From a virus, in IMG/VR virus record IMGVR_UViG_3300035670_000033, positions 74,072-138,071 of that record: a DNA stretch of 64,000 nt. One strand, written 5' to 3'. Numbering within the stretch: the stretch's first letter is position 1; every line of letters starts with the position of its first letter. Under the pieces are notes generated by a model. It was given only the letters and a program-made list of their open reading frames with translations. It searched no databases and was not told where the DNA came from. The position numbers were made by a program, and so were the translations under genes. This document shows positions 57,001 to 64,000 of the stretch, piece by piece.

Positions 57001-57143
57001 CAGATAATACGATAGGTGGTTTAACGGCTGGTTCTGATGGTCAGGTTCTTACTGTAGATTCTTCTACAGCAACTGGTCTTAAATGGGATACACCAGTTTC
57101 AACAGGTAAGGCTATAGCAATGTCAATAGTGTTCAGTGGCTAA
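54075..57143 (+). CDS. Long repeat-rich tail fibre protein
   Basis: Seven LxDxxDVxxxxPxxGQxLxxxGTxWV repeats and five SAPxSPxxGxxWFxxxxxxTxVYYDxxWIEVG repeats; GTG start (MAQKF, as in 52690). Confidence 0.85.
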   Translation: MAQKFITPITIKQLASAGSDALTVFLDGEVYGRVKLEAGGRISWSDGTGTYDTNLYRDGANTLATDDVLKAIAGVVTLAVAGTPSVALPNGALAVDTTNNIFYFRSNDTWNQVTGGGGGASLTVSDTAPASPSAGDLWFNSSNARTYVYYDSSWVEIGGSGGVATLDDVGDVTITSASNGQFLKWNGTAWVNEAIDLGTDTTGNYVSGVSSGTGISVSHTPSEGSTATVSLDATLDNLSNVTVPSPATNDVLQWNGTAWVNVAASTVGATTLDGLSDVVVTAPEEFQTLEYDGTNWVNTYSSVVSYVRNAEATTLTTGTVVYLFGATGDHATVKRADNDSDTTSSKTVGVVGANILASENGPVVTRGYVDGIDLSVGYASGDILWLGEDGGFTKTKPSAPEHLVFVGVVVRATENGIIYVATQNGYELDELHNVSTPSPISGDFLKYNGTLWVNDQIDLGTDTTGNYVQSLVAGTGITLTNDSASEGGTPTIAVTANTYQPLDAELTAIAGLTSAADKLPYFTGSGTASTTDITGAARSILDDTTTGDIRTTLGVGTGDSPTFAGATLDGVQVGVTAANEIDTASGNLTIDSAGGTVTVDDNLTVTGNLTVSGTTTSINTETLTVDDNIIILNNNVTSAPTENAGIEVERGSSTNVQLRWNETDDKWQFTNDGTTYTDLGAGGATISNTAPSSPTAGQLWFNSATLETYVYYDSHWLQASGEPDLVEDLTDLSDVLFTNPVNGQFLKFDGTRWVNGTIPTINTLDDIGDVSVASPSNGQFLKWNGTAWVSDSIPTINALDDIGNVTAPSPSSGQFLKWNGTAWVPDTIIGGATISDSAPASPSAGQLWFDSTVGKTFVYYDSHWIEVGGVGTGARMVSSSSAPASPLEGSMWFDTDTAQTFVYYDSSWVEIGASGVTASVQDSAPAAPVSGQIWFNSLTGGTFVYYGTNWIEVGASPFSALVNTINAKGDLLVGTADNTIGGLTAGSDGQVLTVDSSTATGLKWDTPVSTGKAIAMSIVFSG

Positions 57144-57152
57144 GGAGATTTT

Positions 57153-57830
57153 ATGTCAGCACCAAATATCGTCAACGTAACAACAATCAGAGGTAAAACA
57201 GCGGTTCTTGCTGTCACGACTACTGCTACACCTATTGTGAAAAACGAGGGCAGTAGTGCAGGAACTACGGTTGTTGTTACTGCTAACGGTTCAAGCAACT
57301 ATGTGGTTGGCGGAGCGTCTAACGCAACTATTCCTGTTGTTCGTGGCGCAACTTACACAATTCAAGTGAGTGCTGTTGGTCATCCTTTTTGGATTCAAAC
57401 AGTCTCGGGAGCATATAGTTCAGGAGACATTTACAGCACTGGTGTAACAAATAATGGCACCGAACTCGGGTACATCACTTTTCAAGTTCCTGCTGATGCC
57501 CCAAACACTCTTTACTATGTTTGCCAAAACCATTCGGCTATGGCTGGTTCAATCACTGTTACAGGTACAGCAAGCAACTCAGGTAAAGTTTTTAAAGTTA
57601 ATGCTCTTTATGTTGCAAACGTTGACGGCACGAACGCCGCAGATATATCTGTTGCTTTATTCCGTTCGGGTGTTGCTTATGAACTTGCCCACACTGTTTC
57701 GGTTCCAGCAGATGCAACACTTGATGTAATCAGTAAATCTATTTATCTTGAAGAAGGAGACGACCTTCGTTTAACTGCTTCTGCCAACTCTGACCTTGAA
57801 GCAGTATGTAGTTATGAGGAGATTAGTTAA
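57153..57830 (+). CDS. Virion protein with an inserted cupredoxin-like domain
   Basis: GHPFW...LYYVCQNHSAMAGSITV (H77, C124, H127, M130). Confidence 0.65.
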   Translation: MSAPNIVNVTTIRGKTAVLAVTTTATPIVKNEGSSAGTTVVVTANGSSNYVVGGASNATIPVVRGATYTIQVSAVGHPFWIQTVSGAYSSGDIYSTGVTNNGTELGYITFQVPADAPNTLYYVCQNHSAMAGSITVTGTASNSGKVFKVNALYVANVDGTNAADISVALFRSGVAYELAHTVSVPADATLDVISKSIYLEEGDDLRLTASANSDLEAVCSYEEIS

Positions 57831-58786
57831 TGGCTGGGCTGGGAGGAAGACTTGGTCCGAAGGTCACTGAAGCAAAAGGAATGCTAAGTCTGACCGTTTT
57901 ACAGCAAGGCAATTTGGCTCCAGGCGCACCCATCCTAGAATATCTGGTCATTGCAGGAGGGGGCGGTGGCGGTGGTTCCACGTCGGGTGGTGGTGGTGCT
58001 GGAGGTTATCGCTCTTCGGTTGGGACGGAGAGTTCAGGAGGTGGTTCACCAGCAGAAAGTGTATTTACTACAACTATTGGAACTACCTATACCGTAACAG
58101 TCGGCGCGGGTGGGTCTGGAAGTCGCAACTCAGATTTAGGTTCTCCAAATAACACAAATGGTACCAACTCTGTTTTTCATACAATCACTTCACTTGGTGG
58201 TGGTTACGGTGCATCTGGTTCACCATCTGCTTCCCGTGTAGCGAGTGCTGGCGGTTCGGGCGGGGGTGGTGGTTCTTATGCAGGGAACAACATTAACCCA
58301 ATGAGCAACGGTGCTGGAACAACTGGTCAGGGTTTTGCTGGCGGAACAAGTGTTGCAATCGGGGGTGGGAATTATGGTGGCGCTGGCGGTGGTGGTGCTG
58401 GAGGCGTAGGTGGCTCAAACAATGGTTCTGTTGGTGGAGTCGGCGGAGTAGGTCTGGCGTCTTCCATCACTGGTTCTGCTGTCTTCCGTGCTGGCGGGGG
58501 TGGCAATGGTGGCAATCTTGGAGGAAATAACGGAGGCAACGGAGGGGGCGGTGCTGGCGCTAACACTACTGACGGTACTGCTGGAACGGTAAACACTGGT
58601 GGCGGAGGCGGTGGAAGTGGAATTTACCAAGGAGGGTTTGGTGGCGCTGGTGGCTCTGGAGTTGTAATCCTTCGCTACCCAGACACATTGCCGTTAGCAG
58701 CGTCTACTACTGGTTCACCAACAATAACAAACCCAACTGGCTACAGGGTTTATACTTTTACTGCGTCAGGAAGCATAACTTTCTAA
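57830..58786 (+). CDS. Glycine-rich domain protein
   Basis: EYLVIAGGGGGG..GGGGAGGY..GGSGVVILRY. Confidence 0.8.
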   Translation: MAGLGGRLGPKVTEAKGMLSLTVLQQGNLAPGAPILEYLVIAGGGGGGGSTSGGGGAGGYRSSVGTESSGGGSPAESVFTTTIGTTYTVTVGAGGSGSRNSDLGSPNNTNGTNSVFHTITSLGGGYGASGSPSASRVASAGGSGGGGGSYAGNNINPMSNGAGTTGQGFAGGTSVAIGGGNYGGAGGGGAGGVGGSNNGSVGGVGGVGLASSITGSAVFRAGGGGNGGNLGGNNGGNGGGGAGANTTDGTAGTVNTGGGGGGSGIYQGGFGGAGGSGVVILRYPDTLPLAASTTGSPTITNPTGYRVYTFTASGSITF

Positions 58787-58850
58787 CACACCACAAAAAT
58801 GACAACAAAAAACAATGTAAAATAGAAACACACACAACAGGAGCACAAAA

Positions 58851-59219
58851 ATGGCACATTTTGCAGAACTAGGCGAAGACAACATCGTATTACGAGTAAT
58901 CGTAGTATCTAACGATGACTGTTTAGACGCAGAAGGCAACGAATCAGAGGCTGTAGGCGCTGAATTCTGTCGCAACCTGCTCGGCGGAACATGGAAGCAA
59001 ACCTCATACAACGGCAACATGCGTGCTCGTTATGCAGGAATCGGCTACACCTACAACTCTGCCCTAGACGCATACATCGCCCCAAAACCTTACCCATCAT
59101 GGGCACTCAATGAAGAAACCACCGAATGGGAAGCACCAGTTGCCCGTCCAGAAGGTGAAGGAATGTACACATGGGATGAAGATGGGCAGGCGTGGGTAGA
59201 AGTAGTTTCCCCCGCCTAA
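58851..59219 (+). CDS. Conserved small protein of fibre regions
   Basis: MAHFAEL...WKQTSYN..R.RYAGIGYTY...FIAPKPYPSW-like motif; SD AGGAG. Confidence 0.75.
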   Translation: MAHFAELGEDNIVLRVIVVSNDDCLDAEGNESEAVGAEFCRNLLGGTWKQTSYNGNMRARYAGIGYTYNSALDAYIAPKPYPSWALNEETTEWEAPVARPEGEGMYTWDEDGQAWVEVVSPA

Positions 59220-59222
59220 TCA

Positions 59223-60419
59223 ATGTCCCTCACCTTTCCTGCCTCTCCAAGCGTTGGTGACACCTATACGGTAGGTGCACGTACTTGGGTATGGTCGGGA
59301 ACGATTTGGGAAATTACAGGCACTGTTGCCGCGGCTGGTTCTATCGGCACAACCGAACTTGCTTCTAGCGCTGTTACAGCAGCAAAAATCGCTGACAGTA
59401 CAATCACTTCAACCAAACTTGCCTCTACTGTTCCAGTAGTAACAGTGTGTACTTCTAGTACAAAACCGAGTTCTCCTTTTGTGGGGCAAACTATTTTTGA
59501 AACAGATACGAATTTGATGAAAGTTTATGTTTCGCCTAGTTGGAGCAACGGAACACTTCATCAAACAGGTTTTACGATTGAGTATCTGGTTGTTGCTGGA
59601 GGCGGGGGAGGGGGTTCACGTGGCGGTGGCGGCGGTGCTGGCGGTTATCGTACAAATGTCGCTGGTGCAACTTCTGGTGGAGGTGCTTCTGCTGAGACAT
59701 CATTTTTTCTTTCACTAGGTACACATACGGTGACAGTCGGTGCTGGTGGCGTTGGTGGACCAAACGATGGTGCCGCCCTTTCAGTTAATGATGGCACGAA
59801 CGGTTCTAACTCTGTTTTCAGCACAATAACTTCTTCTGGTGGTGGCGGCGGTGGAGGATTTACGCGCGCTGGTAAGGCTGGTGGTAGCGGTGGTGGTATA
59901 GGTCGTGACGGAGGAACCACTGTTGAAAATGCTGGAGCGGCAACCGCCTCACAGGGTTACAGGGGCGGTCTCGCTGGTGGGGTTTCATGCGCGGGTGGTG
60001 GCGGTGGTGGTGGAGCAAGCGCAGTTGGCGGAAACGGCACGGGCGGTAGTGAAACTGGCGGACCTGGTGGTGCAGGACTTGCTTCATCTATCACTGGAAC
60101 AAGTTTAAATTACGCAGGTGGCGGTGGTGGCGGTGCAGGCTGTGCGCCTTACACAACATACACAGACCCTACGGGTGTAGGCGGTAAGGGAGGAAACCCA
60201 GCGGTTGCCGCTACCGCAGGCACAACAAATCGTGGAGGTGGAGGTGGAGGTGGAGGTGATGCCAATTTCGCTGGTGGTGCTGGTGGTTCGGGTGTTATTA
60301 TTGTTCGCTACCTAACTGCTGACGCTTCAGGTTTCACCGTTACTGGTGGTACAGCAACAACCTCCGGATCGTACACTATTCGCACATTTACCTCTTCAGG
60401 AAGTTTGGTTATCGCATAA
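59223..60419 (+). CDS. Glycine-rich domain protein with fibre-like N-terminus
   Basis: MSLTFPASPSVGDTY...EYLVVAGGGGGG...GGSGVIIVRY. Confidence 0.8.
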   Translation: MSLTFPASPSVGDTYTVGARTWVWSGTIWEITGTVAAAGSIGTTELASSAVTAAKIADSTITSTKLASTVPVVTVCTSSTKPSSPFVGQTIFETDTNLMKVYVSPSWSNGTLHQTGFTIEYLVVAGGGGGGSRGGGGGAGGYRTNVAGATSGGGASAETSFFLSLGTHTVTVGAGGVGGPNDGAALSVNDGTNGSNSVFSTITSSGGGGGGGFTRAGKAGGSGGGIGRDGGTTVENAGAATASQGYRGGLAGGVSCAGGGGGGGASAVGGNGTGGSETGGPGGAGLASSITGTSLNYAGGGGGGAGCAPYTTYTDPTGVGGKGGNPAVAATAGTTNRGGGGGGGGDANFAGGAGGSGVIIVRYLTADASGFTVTGGTATTSGSYTIRTFTSSGSLVIA

Positions 60420-60447
60420 TGCCTATCAACTTCCCCGACTCACCAGC
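60399..60447 (+). repeat. Gene-junction direct repeat, copy 1 (46/49 identical to 61892..61940)
   Basis: GGAAGTTTGGTTATCGCATAATGCCTATCAACTTCCCCGACTCACCAGC. Confidence 0.9.
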
Positions 60448-61912
60448 CGAAAACGACTCCTTCACATCAGGAGGAAAGAAATGGATATTCAACGGCACCG
60501 TTTGGACGCTCGTTACTGCTAACTCTTATACGATTCCTACAGGTGAAGTAACAGCGGCAAAAATTGCGGCTAACGCTGTCACCGAAGCAAAAATTAACGA
60601 TGGCGCAGTAACTCAATCCAAACTTGCTTCAGGTCTTTCAGGCATTACGGTCACTACTACAGCGAACCGTTCGGCGGTTATCCCTTCACCTTTTAACGGT
60701 CAATTCATTTTTCTCACGGATACAAGCCAATTACAACGGTGGGATGGTAGTCAGTGGGTTGTTGCTATTACCACAGTGCCGACAGGTGCACCTGCATCTG
60801 TAACGGTCTCAGGGTCACCTACAACTAGCACGGTTACACTTGCATTCAGCGCTGGTGGCGATGGCGGTTCAACAATCACTAACTATCAATATGCACTATC
60901 CACTGACGGTGGTGCAACATACGGTTCCTATACAGCACTTGACCCCGCAGATGCTTCAAGCCCAATCACAATCACGGGTCTTGCATCACTTACGACCTAT
61001 CACGTAAAACTTAAAGCAGTAAACGCTTTGGGTACTGGTTCTTCAGAATCTTCGGCTGTTTCTTTTACCACAGGAAACATGAATATTGAATATCTTGTTA
61101 TTGGAGGAGGCGGTTCAGGGGGCATACAAGTAGGCGGCGGCGGTGGTGCAGGCGGATACAGAACGAACGTGAGTGGAGCAACTTCTGGTAGAAACTCTGC
61201 CGCCGAGGAAGCGATGAGTATTGGTTACGGAACATACACGGTAACTATCGGTGCTGGTGGTGTAGGTGGTTACAATCTCGGCAGTGCTGGGTCTAGTCCT
61301 AGTGGTAATAATCGTGGTGTAAAAGGAAACGATTCTGTATTTAGCACAATCACTTCATTGGGTGGCGGTGGTGGTTCTGGTTATTCAAATTTAACAGCCA
61401 CTAACGGTGGTTCGGGCGGTGGTGCAGACGGCGGCGGGGTGAGCAACTTTGGTGCCGGTACAGCCAATCAAGGTTTTGCAGGTGGTTCGGGAGTATCCAC
61501 CAACTGGGCTGGTGGTGGCGGCGGTGGCGCAGGAGCAGTGGGTGGGAACGCTGGAGCCAACGTTGGTGGCGTTGGTGGAGCAGGTCTATCTTCTTCCATA
61601 ACAGGGTCAGCAGTAACTAGGGCTGGCGGAGGAGCAGGGTGCCAAACCAGTGGCGCTGGCTCGGCAGGCGGCGCAGGCGGCGGTGGTGCAGGTGGTTCGG
61701 ATAGCGTGAACGCAGGCAACGGAACAGCGAACACTGGCGGTGGCGGTGGCGGTACACGAGATACTGGAACAAATGGCTCTGGTGGTTCAGGAGTCGTAAT
61801 TGTCCGTTATCTAACGGGGTCTACAGCCACTATTACAGGTGGCATCATGACAACATCCGGTTCATACACTATTCACACATTCTTAGCATCGGGAAGTTTG
61901 GTTATCGCATAA
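60419..61912 (+). CDS. Glycine-rich domain protein with a fibronectin type III domain
   Basis: VPTGAP..VTLAFSAGGDGGSTITNYQY...ITGLASLTTYHVKLKAVNALGTG; EYLVIGGGG..GGSGVVIVRY. Confidence 0.82.
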   Translation: MPINFPDSPAENDSFTSGGKKWIFNGTVWTLVTANSYTIPTGEVTAAKIAANAVTEAKINDGAVTQSKLASGLSGITVTTTANRSAVIPSPFNGQFIFLTDTSQLQRWDGSQWVVAITTVPTGAPASVTVSGSPTTSTVTLAFSAGGDGGSTITNYQYALSTDGGATYGSYTALDPADASSPITITGLASLTTYHVKLKAVNALGTGSSESSAVSFTTGNMNIEYLVIGGGGSGGIQVGGGGGAGGYRTNVSGATSGRNSAAEEAMSIGYGTYTVTIGAGGVGGYNLGSAGSSPSGNNRGVKGNDSVFSTITSLGGGGGSGYSNLTATNGGSGGGADGGGVSNFGAGTANQGFAGGSGVSTNWAGGGGGGAGAVGGNAGANVGGVGGAGLSSSITGSAVTRAGGGAGCQTSGAGSAGGAGGGGAGGSDSVNAGNGTANTGGGGGGTRDTGTNGSGGSGVVIVRYLTGSTATITGGIMTTSGSYTIHTFLASGSLVIA

Positions 61913-61940
61913 TGGCTATCAACTTTCCTGACTCACCAGC
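61892..61940 (+). repeat. Gene-junction direct repeat, copy 2
   Basis: GGAAGTTTGGTTATCGCATAATGGCTATCAACTTTCCTGACTCACCAGC. Confidence 0.9.
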
Positions 61941-64000
61941 AAACAACGACTACTTTGAAACCAACGGCAAAGCATGGATCTTCAACGGCACATCATGGGA
62001 CATCGTACAAACACCAGCAAACCTAAGCATCGCAGACAACTCCATAGCCCTTGGAACAAAAACAACTGGCAACTATGTCGCAACAATAACTGGTGGCACA
62101 GGTGTAGCATCAACAGCCGCAACATCTGGTGAAGCCACAACACACACCCTGTCCATAGGTCAGGCTGTAGGAACAGCCGACAACGTAACTTTCGCTGGTG
62201 TGACCGCTAACTCCATAAAAGTGGGTGTCACAGACGCCAACGAAATTGACACCACATCTGGTGGGCTAACCATTGACTCTGCCAGCGGAACTGTCACCGT
62301 TGATGACAACCTAATTGTGACAGGTAATTTAACTGTTTCCGGTACAACAACATCAATAAACACAGAAACCTTAACCGTTGACGACAACATTGTTGTTTTA
62401 AATAATAATGTTACTGGTGAACCTTCAGAGAACGCGGGTATTGAAGTTGAACGCGGATCTTCAACAAATGTTTTAATCAGATGGAACGAAACATCAGACA
62501 AATGGGAATTCACCAACGACGGTTCCACATACAACGAACTTGGTAGCGGTGGTGGGATAACGGTATCTGATTCTGCTCCTGTGTCCCCTACAACTGGTGC
62601 TTTGTGGTTTGAATCGGATACGGCACAAACGTTTATTTATTATGATTCGCAGTGGATTGAAATTGGTGCTTCGGCTATGGGTGCAACAGTTTCTACGACT
62701 GCACCTAATTCGCCTATCGCTGGACAAATTTGGTTTAACTCTGATAGTGGTGGAACATATGTTTATTATGGTTCTTCTTGGATTGAGGTTGGCGCGGCGC
62801 CTGCGAATGTTGTTTTGCAAAATATTGACGCTAAGGGCGATTTGCTTGTAGGTACCGCAGATAATGCGTTAGATAATTTGACTGCTGGTGCCAATAACAC
62901 GATTTTGATGGCTGATTCTTCTACGGCTACTGGTTTGAAGTGGGCTGTTTCTCCTGAGACTGATATTGTTACCACTAAGGGTGATTTGTTGGTGGCGACA
63001 GCGGCTGACACGTTGGCTCGTCAGGGTGTCGGAACCAATGGTCAGGTGCTTGTTGCTGATAGTGGTGTGACGAATGGTGTTGCGTGGGTTGACCCGCTCT
63101 CTAACCGTAATGTGGTTATCAATGGTGCTATGCAGGTACATCAGCGTGGAACAAGTACGGCAGGAATTACTTCTGGCGCACCTTTACTTGCAACCGCAGA
63201 CCGCTGGGGGATGGTTTTTACCACCGCCGCCGAAGGCACATGGACAAATAGTTTAGAAAACGATGCACCCTCTGGAAGCGGATTGAGGAAATCATATAAA
63301 GTTCTTTGCACGACAGCAAAAGCATCTTTGTCGGCTGGTGATGCATTGAGTGTGAGGCACGCTATTGAAGGACAAAATGTTCAACAGTTTCTAAAAGGCA
63401 CTGCATCAGCAAAACCGTTTGCTTTATCTTTTTGGGTGAAGTCAAACCTTACTGGAACATACACTGTTCGCATTGCAGATGCGGACAACAGTCGCACTGT
63501 TGCTGCTGCTTATACGGTTTCTGCTTCGGGGGTGTGGGAAAAGAAAACAATTATTTTTCCTGCCGACACCACGGGTGTTTTTGATAATGACAACGCTGCA
63601 AGTTTAGTACTTGTTTTCCGTTTGCTTGCTGGAACCGACTTTACTTCTGGAACGTTGCAAACTACATGGGGTGCAACATTAAACTCAACCACTAGTGCTG
63701 GTCAGATAAACCTTGCTGCTGCAACCAGCAATTATTGGCAGATTACGGGTGTGCAGTTAGAGGCTGGTGCTGTTGCAACACCATTTGAGTTTGAAGACTA
63801 CGGAACCACACTCGCCAAATGTCAGCGGTACTACTGGCGTGTAAATGGTGTCCAAGGTTCATATACGGGTTTGTTAATTGGCTCCGCTACTGGTACAACA
63901 TCACCAGCAGGGAGAAGGTTGATGATGAAAAACCCTGTAGAAATGAGAACTGCACCTGCATTAAACTTCAGTGGGTCTAATGTGCAGTACGGAAACGGTG
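61912..64000 (+). CDS. Tail fibre protein, runs off the window end
   Basis: Hand translation MAINFPDSPANND...; shares the VDDNLxVTGNLTVSGTTTSINTETLTVDDNI..NAGIEVERGSSTNV block and the repeats of the 54075 gene, then NVVINGAMQVHQRG...ADRW domain. Confidence 0.85.
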   Translation, partial: MAINFPDSPANNDYFETNGKAWIFNGTSWDIVQTPANLSIADNSIALGTKTTGNYVATITGGTGVASTAATSGEATTHTLSIGQAVGTADNVTFAGVTANSIKVGVTDANEIDTTSGGLTIDSASGTVTVDDNLIVTGNLTVSGTTTSINTETLTVDDNIVVLNNNVTGEPSENAGIEVERGSSTNVLIRWNETSDKWEFTNDGSTYNELGSGGGITVSDSAPVSPTTGALWFESDTAQTFIYYDSQWIEIGASAMGATVSTTAPNSPIAGQIWFNSDSGGTYVYYGSSWIEVGAAPANVVLQNIDAKGDLLVGTADNALDNLTAGANNTILMADSSTATGLKWAVSPETDIVTTKGDLLVATAADTLARQGVGTNGQVLVADSGVTNGVAWVDPLSNRNVVINGAMQVHQRGTSTAGITSGAPLLATADRWGMVFTTAAEGTWTNSLENDAPSGSGLRKSYKVLCTTAKASLSAGDALSVRHAIEGQNVQQFLKGTASAKPFALSFWVKSNLTGTYTVRIADADNSRTVAAAYTVSASGVWEKKTIIFPADTTGVFDNDNAASLVLVFRLLAGTDFTSGTLQTTWGATLNSTTSAGQINLAAATSNYWQITGVQLEAGAVATPFEFEDYGTTLAKCQRYYWRVNGVQGSYTGLLIGSATGTTSPAGRRLMMKNPVEMRTAPALNFSGSNVQYGNG

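Noticed and set aside
55790-62530. Fibre repeats as a diversity-generating retroelement TR/VR pair
   Set aside because: Both copies are coding, differences are mostly synonymous rather than adenine-specific, and no reverse transcriptase is in the window.
1-64000. tRNA genes, integrase/att sites, endolysin, stop-codon reassignment
   Set aside because: None recognised by eye. All three stop codons end genes normally. A tRNAscan and HMM run would be needed to exclude tRNAs or lysins firmly.

Overview
The whole window is a fragment of a large, low-to-mid GC tailed phage with an HK97-type head and a contractile (myovirus) tail. An actinobacterial, probably freshwater, host is inferred from leaderless sigma70-type promoters and actinophage-like head domains. 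Layout: class II ribonucleotide reductase (partial) and small genes; a rightward operon with a CX5R phosphatase and a zinc-dependent deacetylase; a 26 kb leftward head module (portal-MuF fusion, prohead protease, about 18 kb of accessory genes, major capsid protein); a divergently transcribed large terminase; recombination and possible DNA-modification genes (HTH, Sak/Rad52, PD-(D/E)XK nuclease, PAPS-reductase-like, ParB-like); then neck, sheath, tube, chaperones, tape measure, baseplate and a long repeat-rich fibre/glycine-rich array. The most striking element lies between the protease and capsid genes. It is a paralogous family of large proteins sharing an N-terminal RCPxGTxYGGQxTD module and Arg/Pro-rich linkers, ending in different enzyme-like domains (two HipA/PI3-4K-like kinases, a GNAT-like domain, a DUF3626-like domain, and an ART-like domain in a related protein). 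Most are followed immediately by a small ORF. Module boundaries across the head region repeatedly carry a [hydrophobic/E]-x-K|[A/S/G] motif like the HK97 protease site. I infer a protease-processed, virion-packaged polymorphic effector system, possibly with separately encoded erasers (phosphatase, deacetylase). All domain calls are by motif recognition only; no database search was run.
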